Of a stretch of DNA of 64,000 nt, positions 47,166 through 56,370 are shown one piece after another. How positions within the stretch are numbered: position 1 is the stretch's first letter; each line of letters starts with the position of its first letter. The notes under the pieces were generated by a model. The model was not told the origin of the DNA. It did no database searches and saw nothing but the letters and a program-made list of their open reading frames with translations. Both the position numbers and the translations under genes were made by a program. Source of the DNA: Cyclobacteriaceae bacterium (GTDB lineage Bacteria > Bacteroidota > Bacteroidia > Cytophagales > Cyclobacteriaceae); contig JAHCHY010000014.1 of the NCBI GenBank assembly GCA_026129485.1, forward strand, positions 15,445-79,444, written 5' to 3'.

Positions 47166-47414
47166 ATGAACAGGATTGTGAGATTGGTGGTAATAACATT
47201 GTTCTTTGTGCTGGTTCAGCTACCAGCCCGGGCACAGTGCGCCATGTGCAGGACCACCCTGGAAAACAACGTAAGTAACGGAGATATCGGAATAGCGGCA
47301 GGAATCAACTTTGGAATTTTATACCTGTTTGCGGCCCCTTACCTGATCATTTCCCTGATTGCCTTCTTTTGGTACCGAACCAGTAAAAATGCCAGGCGAA
47401 ACGAATACGCTTAG
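47166..47414 (+). CDS. Small exported/membrane protein with an AQCAMC motif
   Basis: Signal peptide, then QCAMCR..LE, G.N.GILYL and a TM. Confidence 0.7.
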   Translation: MNRIVRLVVITLFFVLVQLPARAQCAMCRTTLENNVSNGDIGIAAGINFGILYLFAAPYLIISLIAFFWYRTSKNARRNEYA

Positions 47415-47757
47415 CAGCATCTGGCATGCCAGGTGCCCGCGTTGCCGCAAGGGCAATATTTTTAAGCATCGGCTGGTGCAGTTTACGCGATTTGCTGCCA
47501 TGAATTCCGAATGCCCGGTTTGCAAGGCATCATTTAATCCCGAGCCGGGCTTTTATTTCGGAGCCATGTTTGTAAGCTATGCGTTTACAGTTGCGATAAT
47601 GGTGGCCGTGTGGCTGGCGCTTTATGTATTGGCCGATCCTGCCGATTGGATTTACGGCATCGGATTGGTAGTAGGTGCAGTCGTGTTTTCTCCGCTTAGC
47701 TTCCGGCTTTCGCGCGTGCTGTGGCTTTACTGGTTTGGTGGCCATAAAGCTGCGTAA
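47389..47757 (+). CDS. DUF983 family protein (zinc ribbon plus 2 TM)
   Basis: Motifs CPRC..G, CPVC, EPGFYFGAM.VSY. Confidence 0.82.
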   Translation: MPGETNTLSSIWHARCPRCRKGNIFKHRLVQFTRFAAMNSECPVCKASFNPEPGFYFGAMFVSYAFTVAIMVAVWLALYVLADPADWIYGIGLVVGAVVFSPLSFRLSRVLWLYWFGGHKAA

Positions 47758-47796
47758 TTCTTAACCGGATTTCTTACTTTTAAGAAACAGTTATGC

Positions 47797-50700
47797 ATGT
47801 TTAAGCGGCAAACATGGTTGTTTATTCTCTTCATCGCATGTCTTGCCGGTATGCTATTGAGCGAAAGGTACTATAGCAGCAAGGGTACCAATTTTAAGGA
47901 AGATATTGCCCGAAACCTTGAGTCTGAATTTGTAAAGCTTCGACAGGAAGCAAAACAAATCGGTATTCAATTGCCTGCTGCATGGTCGGCTTTGAATGGC
48001 GCCCACTACCTGGTGGATGAAAGTGGCGAGATAAAGGCCTGGAGCAGAACTGATTTTGCCCCTGACGCCCGCATGGTTTCGGATACAGGTACTTTACAGT
48101 ACAGGCAAACCACACTTGGCGATTTTATCGTTATCAAACAAGCGCATGGTACCGGTGAAATTATCTCCATGCTGCCCTTAGTCAGGCGCTATCCCATTGC
48201 CAACCGCTATTTGCAGACACAATTGAACGAGGCTGTGTTTAATCATTACCAGGTTCGCGTGTTTTCGATAGATTTTCCGGCAGGCGAGTTAATTACAGTT
48301 AACAATCAACCGGCATTCAGGCTTGCCTTGCAGGTTAGCGCATCAGGGCCGCAGTATATTACCTTGTTTTTGGGAACATGCGTTCTTGTTTTTGCGGTGC
48401 TTATATTGATTGGATTGATCCGAAAGCTTCATAAGCAGCATAAGTATGCGTATGCTTTTTTATGGATGTCAGTTGCTTACGTGGTTGTGCGTATTGCTAT
48501 GGTAGAATTTAACTTTCCATCGCGCTGGTGGCAATCGGATATTTTTAGTCCGCAGGAGTTTGCTTCGTCCACGTACAATGCTTCGGTAGGAGACCTGGTG
48601 CTTAATTCGCTGGGTATAGTATTGATTTGCGGGTATGTTTTTTTTACGTATGCCAGGTGGCCGGTGGTGCGGAAGCTGATCCGAACGGGAAACAGTAGCT
48701 TAAAGATTTTAACCGGTTCGGTCGTTCTGCTCGCAGCACTGTTTTCGTTTTTATATCCGTTCCTGTTCATTGAAACCATCTTTCATAATTCAGAAATATC
48801 GCTGGATATTACACGAACCTTATCCATTAACACCCTGCGTGGACTTGCTTTCTTCGCATTACTGACCGGTACAATCAGCGGGTTTTTCTTTACGCATGTA
48901 TTTGTCCGGTTGTCCAAGGCAGTCAGCAAAAGTTCTGCCGGGTTTGGGATTACTTTTGCTGTAGCGCTGGCTTTATTTATTGCCTATTTTACCTGGGAAG
49001 GGCGAAACTATTGGATAACAATTGCAATTGCAGTGCCTTACTTTACGGTGCTGCATCTTACGAGGCTGAATCTTGTTCGCAAAAGCACCTTTAAATCTTT
49101 TTTGTATTTCTTTCTTGCGCTGGTGGTATTTGGTATTCAGAGTGCATGGAGCGTGATGCGATTTTCAGAAGAAGAAAAAACCGAATCGCAATTCAGGTTT
49201 GCGGCAAGTTACCTGATTGACCGGGATGTAATGGCCGAATACCTGTTGAATGAAAGCCGGAAGCGAATAGCTGCAGATGCTTTTATTCAATCGCGGTTAA
49301 CGAGTCCTTTCCTTAGCCGTTCGGCAGCCCGCCAGAAGATCAAACAAGTGTTTCTCAGCTCATACTTTGACCGGTACGATTTACAGGTTCATTTGTTTTC
49401 CCCGGTGAAGGAACCCCTTGATGAATTGTCAGTAGATCATTGGACGGAGTGGAATCAGCAAACCGGGAATTCGCAATATGCTACCGAGTACGAAGGTATT
49501 TATTTTATACGCTCGGCTTCGGTTGAAACCGGTAAACGTTACCTCGTGATGATCCCGGTTTCACGATCTGCCCAGTTGATCGGGTACGTGGTGCTGGATT
49601 TGTCTTTAAAGCGAACCATACCACAAAGTGTGTACCCTGAATTGCTGGTTGACAGCCGCTTTGCGGAATACTTTGAAAACCGGGATAAGAGCTTTGCCTT
49701 TATTGCGGATAGACGTATTCAAAGCAGCTTCGGAAACTTTAACTATGAACGTGATTTTGACTTGAGTCTGCTTGAAAACACGAAGCTGTTTGGTAAAGGC
49801 ATTCGGACGAATGGGTTTATTCATACTGCTGTTGAGGATGATAGCGGGCAGGTGGCAGTGGTTACGTCACATACGTACCCATACTTTTTTGTGTTCACTA
49901 ACTTTTCCTTCTTTTTCGTTTTGTGCGTGAGCTTGTTAGCTGTGGCATTGGCGGTTTATGGAATCCGGAACTGGATTGCCGGCAAACAAATAAATTACGC
50001 AACCCGTATTCAGCTTTATATTTATCTGGCTTTTGCGGTGCCCTTAGTAGTAGTGGCCGTTACTACCTTGAACAGGGTTTCACGTTCGGAGGAAACACAG
50101 CTCACCCAGGACTACTTGAACAAGGCTCGGGTATTGGGTGAAAACCTTTTACCTGCATTGGTAAGCTATGTGCAGGACCCGGAAGAACATCGTACTGAGC
50201 TGGAAGATGGGTTGGGATCTGCAGCCCGGTTTGCAGATGCAGATATTTCTGTGTTTAGCAGGCAGGGCACGATGATAGCCTCAAGCCAGCCGGCCATAGC
50301 AGAAGGATTACTTTCATCCGGTTTGCTAAACCGTACTGCCTGGGAGCGGGTTTATGACCGGGGTGATATCGCTTTTGTGCTGAATGATAAAATCGGTTCG
50401 CTCAATTTTAACAACGCCTTTTTTGCATTACGATCCCCGGAAACTTCTGATGTGCTGGGTGTGATCAGCTTACCTTTTTTTGAATCAGCTCAATCATTGG
50501 ATGCTACGCAAATAACCGTATTGGCCAACATTCTTACCGTGTTTACGCTGATCTTTATGGCGTTTTCGATGCTATCGTTTTACGTGGTTGAATCGCTTAC
50601 GTTCCCATTGCGGTTTATTACCCGCACCTTGAGCAGCACTACACTTACCGGTAATAAGCCATTGGAGTGGAAGTCGAATGATGAGATCGGGCTGATGGTG

Positions 50701-51417
50701 AATGAGTATAACAAAATGGTGGAGAACCTTGAGCAAAGCAAGATTGAGCTATCGCGAAGCCAGAAGGAGAGCGCCTGGCGGGAAATTGCACGGCAGGTAG
50801 CGCACGAAATCAAAAATCCGCTTACGCCTATGAAGCTGACCTTGCAGCAAATGCAGCTTTGGCTTGCGAAAGATACATGGGAAAAAGACCGGGCTAAACA
50901 ATCCGTAAATACCCTGCTCAACCAGGTTGATATTTTAAATGAAATAGCATCTTCTTTTAGCGCCTTTGCGCGTATGCCGGCTCCCATCCTGCAAAGAATG
51001 GATCTGGTGGCCTTGCTCACCAAAACCATAAACCTGTACAGCACCTATGAAGGGGGCAAAGTTTTGTTCAACTACAAAGGTTCGCCTGTATTTGTAAATG
51101 GCGATCCGCAGTTGCTCGACCGTATTTTTTCAAACCTGGTATTAAACGGTCTGCAGGCAGGAAGCGCGGCACCGCATGTAATCATAGATTTAAAGCAGGA
51201 GGGAGGCAACGTAGTGGTTATGGTTCAGGATAATGGTTTCGGTATCCCGGCAGCGCTTCACGATAAAATTTTCATTCCTTACTTTACAACAAAAAAATCA
51301 GGCTCAGGACTTGGATTGGCAATTGCCCGGCAAGGCATTGAGCTAAGTGGCGGCAAAATCTGGTTTGATTCGAAACCGGGGCAAACTATTTTTTACGTGG
51401 AGCTTCCGCAACAATAG
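47797..51417 (+). CDS. Large multi-TM HAMP-domain sensor histidine kinase
   Basis: H-box AHEIKNPLTP, N-box NLVLNGLQA, G boxes DNG.GI and TTK.SGSGLGL. No adjacent response regulator. Confidence 0.92.
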   Translation: MFKRQTWLFILFIACLAGMLLSERYYSSKGTNFKEDIARNLESEFVKLRQEAKQIGIQLPAAWSALNGAHYLVDESGEIKAWSRTDFAPDARMVSDTGTLQYRQTTLGDFIVIKQAHGTGEIISMLPLVRRYPIANRYLQTQLNEAVFNHYQVRVFSIDFPAGELITVNNQPAFRLALQVSASGPQYITLFLGTCVLVFAVLILIGLIRKLHKQHKYAYAFLWMSVAYVVVRIAMVEFNFPSRWWQSDIFSPQEFASSTYNASVGDLVLNSLGIVLICGYVFFTYARWPVVRKLIRTGNSSLKILTGSVVLLAALFSFLYPFLFIETIFHNSEISLDITRTLSINTLRGLAFFALLTGTISGFFFTHVFVRLSKAVSKSSAGFGITFAVALALFIAYFTWEGRNYWITIAIAVPYFTVLHLTRLNLVRKSTFKSFLYFFLALVVFGIQSAWSVMRFSEEEKTESQFRFAASYLIDRDVMAEYLLNESRKRIAADAFIQSRLTSPFLSRSAARQKIKQVFLSSYFDRYDLQVHLFSPVKEPLDELSVDHWTEWNQQTGNSQYATEYEGIYFIRSASVETGKRYLVMIPVSRSAQLIGYVVLDLSLKRTIPQSVYPELLVDSRFAEYFENRDKSFAFIADRRIQSSFGNFNYERDFDLSLLENTKLFGKGIRTNGFIHTAVEDDSGQVAVVTSHTYPYFFVFTNFSFFFVLCVSLLAVALAVYGIRNWIAGKQINYATRIQLYIYLAFAVPLVVVAVTTLNRVSRSEETQLTQDYLNKARVLGENLLPALVSYVQDPEEHRTELEDGLGSAARFADADISVFSRQGTMIASSQPAIAEGLLSSGLLNRTAWERVYDRGDIAFVLNDKIGSLNFNNAFFALRSPETSDVLGVISLPFFESAQSLDATQITVLANILTVFTLIFMAFSMLSFYVVESLTFPLRFITRTLSSTTLTGNKPLEWKSNDEIGLMVNEYNKMVENLEQSKIELSRSQKESAWREIARQVAHEIKNPLTPMKLTLQQMQLWLAKDTWEKDRAKQSVNTLLNQVDILNEIASSFSAFARMPAPILQRMDLVALLTKTINLYSTYEGGKVLFNYKGSPVFVNGDPQLLDRIFSNLVLNGLQAGSAAPHVIIDLKQEGGNVVVMVQDNGFGIPAALHDKIFIPYFTTKKSGSGLGLAIARQGIELSGGKIWFDSKPGQTIFYVELPQQ

Positions 51418-51442
51418 AGGCCATCTCAAAAATCAGTTTCCA

Positions 51443-51466
51443 TGTCAGCCTGAGCTTGTCGAAGGC
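51443..51466. repeat. Single REP-like copy between convergent genes
   Basis: TGTCAGCCTGAGCTTGTCGAAGGC, 19/21 identical to the right arm of the 22262-22371 element. Confidence 0.7.
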
Positions 51467-52215
51467 TAACTACCTTTCAGGCTGCGCATTACTTTGTTGG
51501 TGAATACAAAGTCATCCAGTTCTTTTACACCGGAGTGTGTCAGGTCATTGTTGGAACCTTCCCAGAGCTTACTTCCTTTATAGAGGAACATAATCTTTTC
51601 CCCGATTCCGAGTACCGAGTTCATATCGTGGGTTACCACCACCGTAGTGATGTCGAACTCGTGTGTAATCTCCATGATCAATTCATCAATCAGGATTGAA
51701 GTTTGCGGATCAAGGCCGGAGTTAGGCTCATCGCAGAAAAGGTAGTTGGGGTTGTTTACAATGGCGCGGGCAATACCCACGCGCTTTTTCATGCCTCCGC
51801 TTATTTCGGATGGCTTTTTTTTGTTCACACCTTCAAGCCCTACGCGCTTCAGACAAAAATTAACACGCTCAATTTTTTCTTCCGGGTTCATACGGGTAAG
51901 AATATCAAGCGGAAACATCACGTTTTCTTCTACATTCTTCGAGTCGAACAGCGCGCCTCCCTGGAACAGCATGCCGATTTCTCTCCTGATCTCAGACTTC
52001 ATTTCCTTATCGGCTTCGGTAAAATTCCGCAAGTCGAAAAACACGCTGCCGGTGTCCGGTTGAAACAAACCCACAATACATTTAAGCAATACACTCTTGC
52101 CGGTTCCGCTTGACCCGATGATCAGGTTGGTTTTTCCTTTTTCAAACTCTCCGCTAATGCCACTCAGAACGGTCTTGTCGCCAAAAGTCTTCGATATGTT
52201 TTTGATCTTAATCAT
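51466..52215 (-). CDS. mlaF: MlaF-type ABC ATPase
   Basis: GSSGTGKS, ISGGMKKRVGIARA, DEPNSGLDP; adjacent to mlaE. Confidence 0.85.
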   Translation of the reverse strand: MIKIKNISKTFGDKTVLSGISGEFEKGKTNLIIGSSGTGKSVLLKCIVGLFQPDTGSVFFDLRNFTEADKEMKSEIRREIGMLFQGGALFDSKNVEENVMFPLDILTRMNPEEKIERVNFCLKRVGLEGVNKKKPSEISGGMKKRVGIARAIVNNPNYLFCDEPNSGLDPQTSILIDELIMEITHEFDITTVVVTHDMNSVLGIGEKIMFLYKGSKLWEGSNNDLTHSGVKELDDFVFTNKVMRSLKGS

Positions 52216-52218
52216 TTC

Positions 52219-52947
52219 TTACAGCAGCAGGTAGGCAAGGAAGTAATCGGACAATAAAACGGCTATGATGCTGGTGGTTACCGCGTTCGTGCTGGCAATA
52301 CCTACTTCCAATGCTCCGCCATTGGTAAAATAACCTTTAAAGGAAGAGATAGAGCTGATCAGAAACGCAAACGTAAAAGATTTGGTAAGTGCAAACGTGA
52401 TGAAGTAAGGGTTGAATGTGTACCGGATGCCATAAATGTATTCGGTGGGGGTTAAGGCCCCGGTAAGGCTTCCTACAATATATCCGCCCAGAATAGCGCA
52501 CACGCCTGATACAATTACCAGTAATGGATACATAAGCAGCGCAGCGATTATTTTGGGAAGTACCAGGTAGGAGGAAGCATTTATTCCCATTACTTCCAGG
52601 GCATCAATCTGTTCAGTAATGCGCATAGTCCCCAGCCCACCGGCCATGCTTGATCCCACCTTACCCGCAAAGATTACCGCCATAATGGTAGGCGCCAGCT
52701 CCAGTACGGTCATTTCCCGTACTACCTGCGCAATTACAAACCGGGGCACAAACGGGCTAACCAGGTTGGCAGCCGTTTGAATGGTAGTTACCGCACCCAT
52801 AAATGTGGATACGAGCATGAAAAGCAGCACGGACTTCAGCCCGATCTGTATACATTCCTCCAGCGTAAGATTGTAGTACGTTTTGAACGATTCCCTGCGC
52901 ACAAACAACGAGCCCAAGAAGATAACGTACCGGCCAAAACCCTTCAT
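52219..52947 (-). CDS. mlaE: MlaE-family ABC permease
   Basis: ELAP, ELG-like GLGTMRITEQIDALEVMGI, VG.AST.AV. Start moved to ATG 52947. Confidence 0.88.
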   Translation of the reverse strand: MKGFGRYVIFLGSLFVRRESFKTYYNLTLEECIQIGLKSVLLFMLVSTFMGAVTTIQTAANLVSPFVPRFVIAQVVREMTVLELAPTIMAVIFAGKVGSSMAGGLGTMRITEQIDALEVMGINASSYLVLPKIIAALLMYPLLVIVSGVCAILGGYIVGSLTGALTPTEYIYGIRYTFNPYFITFALTKSFTFAFLISSISSFKGYFTNGGALEVGIASTNAVTTSIIAVLLSDYFLAYLLL

Positions 52948-52993
52948 GCAGTAAAGTTCAAATGCTATATTGCCCAAAGATAAAACAAATCCG

Positions 52994-53692
52994 ATGAACA
53001 AACTGATTGTAATAACCGGTGGAACGAAAGGCATCGGGCGGGCTATAGCACAGAAGTTTGCGCAGGCAGGATTTGATGTGGCCACATGCGGCAGAAGCAC
53101 GAGCGACCTGACCGTGTTTAAATCAGACCTGGAACAGGTGGGCGTAAAGGCTTTCGCTATTGCTGCCGATATGCGCGATCCGGCCCAGGTAAAAAGCTTT
53201 TGCGACCAGGTACTTGCCCTTAAAAGACCGGTGGACGTACTGGTAAACAATGCAGGATGCTTTGTGCCCGGTTCTGTGCTGGATGAACCTGCCGGAACGC
53301 TGGAAAGCATGATCGAAACCAATCTTTACAGCGCTTACTATACCACCCGCGGGATTATATCTGCCATGAAAGGGCAGAGTGGGCATATCTTTAATATGTG
53401 TTCCATAGCCAGCATTAAGGCTTATCCGAACGGGGGGTCCTATGCAATCTCCAAATTTGCCTTGCTGGGCTTTTCCAGGGTGTTGAGAGAGGAGCTAAAG
53501 CCTGCCGGGATCCGCGTTACCGCGATTCTGCCGGGGGCCACCAAAACGGCCAGCTGGGCAGGCACCGATTTGCCAGACAGCCGGTTTATGAAGCCGGAAG
53601 ATGTGGCAGAGGCTGTGTTCTCGGCCTGGTCGCTTTCGCCACATAGTGTGGTTGAAGAATTGCTTATCAGGCCCCAATTGGGCGACATTTAA
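52994..53692 (+). CDS. Short-chain dehydrogenase/reductase
   Basis: Motifs TGGTKGIG, NNAG, Y.ISK. Start at ATG 52994. Confidence 0.92.
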   Translation: MNKLIVITGGTKGIGRAIAQKFAQAGFDVATCGRSTSDLTVFKSDLEQVGVKAFAIAADMRDPAQVKSFCDQVLALKRPVDVLVNNAGCFVPGSVLDEPAGTLESMIETNLYSAYYTTRGIISAMKGQSGHIFNMCSIASIKAYPNGGSYAISKFALLGFSRVLREELKPAGIRVTAILPGATKTASWAGTDLPDSRFMKPEDVAEAVFSAWSLSPHSVVEELLIRPQLGDI

Positions 53693-53733
53693 GCCGCCAG
53701 CCGAAACAAACCGGCATCAAAAGGGTTAACTTT

Positions 53734-55704
53734 GTGGTTAAATCTCAGCTTGTGAATTCAGTACTTCAGGTAAAACAGTATTGCGATAGCCTGGTAAGCT
53801 ACAGGCGCAGAAAAACCCGCGAGGTAAAAATAGGGGGTATTCCCATGGGAGGCGATAATCCCATTCGGATCCAGTCCATGACCACGGTTGATACGATGGA
53901 CACCAAAGGCTCCGTTGAGCAGACCATTCGTATGGTGGAAGCTGGCTGTGAGTATGTGCGCATTACCGCGCCCAGCATAAAAGAAGCACAGAACTTAGCT
54001 GAGATAAAAAAAGCGTTACGCTTGCGCGGATATGATGTTCCGCTTATTGCCGATATACACTTTACACCCAATGCGGCCGAGCTGGCTGCCCGTATTGTTG
54101 AAAAAGTGCGCGTTAATCCCGGTAACTATGCCGATAAAAAACGGTTTGAAGAAATTGAATATACCGATGCCACCTATCGCGCAGAGCTGGAGCGTATCCG
54201 CGAAAAGTTTACGCCATTAGTCAAGATTTGTAAAGAGCACGGTACAGCCATGCGCATTGGCACCAATCATGGTTCGCTTTCCGATCGGATCATGAGTCGC
54301 TATGGCGATACACCGCTTGGTATGGTAGAATCTGCTCTTGAATTTTTGCGCATCTGCGAAGACCTGAGCTACTACGATATTGTGCTTTCCATGAAGGCCA
54401 GCAACCCGCAGGTAATGATACAGGCGTATCGCTTGCTGGTTCAGAAGCTGGACGAAGAGAATTTTCAACCTTACCCGCTTCATCTTGGTGTAACCGAGGC
54501 TGGTGATGGAGAAGATGGCCGCATCAAATCATCGGTGGGTATCGGAACGTTGCTGGAAGATGGCCTGGGCGATACCATCCGGGTTTCGCTAACGGAAGAA
54601 CCAGAAGCCGAAGTGCCTGTGGCGAAAATGCTGGCCGATCGCTACACCACGCGCAAAACTTCGAGCATTCCGGAGATTACCACCAATCCGATTAATCCTT
54701 ATGCTTACACCCGCAGAACCACACGCGAAGTTGGTAACATCGGGGGGCACCAGGTGCCACGTGTTATGGCCGACTTCTCGACCAAGGAAAAAATAACAGC
54801 AGCCTCGTTGTTTGCTTTGGGGTATCAATATTCTGTTCCGTTAGATAAATGGAACATTACCGATATGGCCTGCGATTATGTTTTCCTGGGCGACAGGGCC
54901 GTGGATTTTGAAATTCCCGGTATGCTCGGGCTTGTTTACAATCATGCTACCTGGCTGAAAGAAAAAGATAAGGCGCGTACGTACCCGTTTATTACTCCGA
55001 AAGATTACCTCGCAGGCGTGGAACGCTCTGCACAAATCAATTTCGTCTATACACAACTGAAAGATATTTCAGATGAGTTTATAAATGCGATCGCGAATGA
55101 TACCAAGGCCGTGCTGTTGATTGATACGTATAACGATCATGGTCTGGCGGAACAACGCAGGCTGTTTGTCGAGCTGATCAACCGGCAGTGTGATGTACCG
55201 GTAATTATTGGCCGGGCGTATGCAGATTTACAACCCGATCAATTACAATTGTATGCTGCTACCGATATGGGCGGGTTGCTGATTGATGGACTGGGTGATG
55301 GCGTATTCATTGCAGCCGAGCGATGCGGCTCTGACAAAATGATTAATGAAACGGCATTTGGTATTTTGCAGGCTACACGCACGCGCATTTCCAAAACAGA
55401 ATACATTTCCTGTCCTTCCTGTGGCCGTACGTTGTTCGATTTGCAGGAAACAACGGCAAAGATTCGCTCACGTACCAGCCATCTTAAAGGAATTAAGATC
55501 GGCATTATGGGTTGCATTGTAAATGGCCCCGGTGAAATGGCCGATGCCGATTACGGATATGTGGGGTCAGGCCCCGGAAGAATTACCTTGTATCGCGGTA
55601 AAGAAGTGGTGAAGCGTAACGTGCCCACACCGCAGGCAGTGGATGCGCTCATCGGGCTGATTCAGGAAGATAATAATTGGATTGAACCTCAACCGGTAAA
55701 CTAA
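53734..55704 (+). CDS. ispG: (E)-4-hydroxy-3-methylbut-2-enyl-diphosphate synthase (long form)
   Basis: Motifs IQSMT, ADIHF, R.NPGN, RIGTNHGSL, HLGVTEAG, CPSCGR, GCIVNGPGE. Confidence 0.96.
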   Translation: MVKSQLVNSVLQVKQYCDSLVSYRRRKTREVKIGGIPMGGDNPIRIQSMTTVDTMDTKGSVEQTIRMVEAGCEYVRITAPSIKEAQNLAEIKKALRLRGYDVPLIADIHFTPNAAELAARIVEKVRVNPGNYADKKRFEEIEYTDATYRAELERIREKFTPLVKICKEHGTAMRIGTNHGSLSDRIMSRYGDTPLGMVESALEFLRICEDLSYYDIVLSMKASNPQVMIQAYRLLVQKLDEENFQPYPLHLGVTEAGDGEDGRIKSSVGIGTLLEDGLGDTIRVSLTEEPEAEVPVAKMLADRYTTRKTSSIPEITTNPINPYAYTRRTTREVGNIGGHQVPRVMADFSTKEKITAASLFALGYQYSVPLDKWNITDMACDYVFLGDRAVDFEIPGMLGLVYNHATWLKEKDKARTYPFITPKDYLAGVERSAQINFVYTQLKDISDEFINAIANDTKAVLLIDTYNDHGLAEQRRLFVELINRQCDVPVIIGRAYADLQPDQLQLYAATDMGGLLIDGLGDGVFIAAERCGSDKMINETAFGILQATRTRISKTEYISCPSCGRTLFDLQETTAKIRSRTSHLKGIKIGIMGCIVNGPGEMADADYGYVGSGPGRITLYRGKEVVKRNVPTPQAVDALIGLIQEDNNWIEPQPVN

Positions 55705-55711
55705 TAACAGC

Positions 55712-55921
55712 ATGGAAAAGCAATCAACAACCGAAGAAAAGAAAAAGCTTTCGATACGGGAGTTTTTTACATTAGGCGAAGTAGGCGGGTATTTCTTCCG
55801 AAGAAAAGATGCTTCGCGTCCTTCCAATATCAACATCCGGATGATGCATGGCATTAACAAAATTTCAATTGTTGTTTTTTTGGCCGGTGTACTATACCTC
55901 ATCTTAAAACGTTTCATTTGA
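55712..55921 (+). CDS. Small conserved membrane protein
   Basis: 69 aa with RMMHGINKIS and a C-terminal TM; coupled to its neighbours. Confidence 0.7.
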   Translation: MEKQSTTEEKKKLSIREFFTLGEVGGYFFRRKDASRPSNINIRMMHGINKISIVVFLAGVLYLILKRFI

Positions 55922-56271
55922 ATATAGAACAGTTTCAGAGTTATTGCCTGGCCAAACCCGGTGTTACAGAAGAGTTTCCATTTGGTGAAGAAACGCTGGT
56001 GTATAAAGTGATGGGTAAAATGTTTGCCCTGGCTGATGTAACGCTTTTTGAAAGCATAAACCTGAAGTGCGACCCGGAGCAGGCGGTAGCGTTGCGCGAG
56101 CAGTACCCGGCAGTGCTTCCGGGTTATCACATGAATAAAAAGCACTGGAATACCGTGCAGATGGATGGCAGCCTGCCCGATAAGCTGGTAAAAAGCTGGA
56201 TTGACGATTCCTACAACCTGGTGGTGGCCAGCCTCCCGGTAAAGGTAAGGGCAGCGCTTAAGGCACTTTAA
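55918..56271 (+). CDS. MmcQ/YjbR-family DNA-binding protein
   Basis: Motifs PFG..TLVYKV.GKMFAL, NLKCDP, PGYHMNKKHWN. Confidence 0.92.
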   Translation: MNIEQFQSYCLAKPGVTEEFPFGEETLVYKVMGKMFALADVTLFESINLKCDPEQAVALREQYPAVLPGYHMNKKHWNTVQMDGSLPDKLVKSWIDDSYNLVVASLPVKVRAALKAL

Positions 56272-56370
56272 CTTGATTATCAGTAGATTGCAGGGTTTTA
56301 GAATCCGGGCATCCTGTAGATTACTTGGGTTAATTAATTAATTTTGTTGATTGCGAATGTCTGTATTGGA

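Noticed and set aside
47797-51417. Orphan 1206-aa sensor kinase as a regulator of the respiratory cluster
   Set aside because: Nothing in the sequence links it to the cluster beyond proximity, and a terminator at 46114 separates the core operon.
52219-53322. 367-aa version of MlaE, and other long 5' extensions (49-720, 15190, 31037)
   Set aside because: The extensions overlap neighbouring genes or lie upstream of the predicted promoter; shorter starts give proper signal peptides or family lengths.
53734-55704. IspG about 250 aa longer than the E. coli enzyme
   Set aside because: The three-domain long form is established in Bacteroidota, Chlamydiae and plants.
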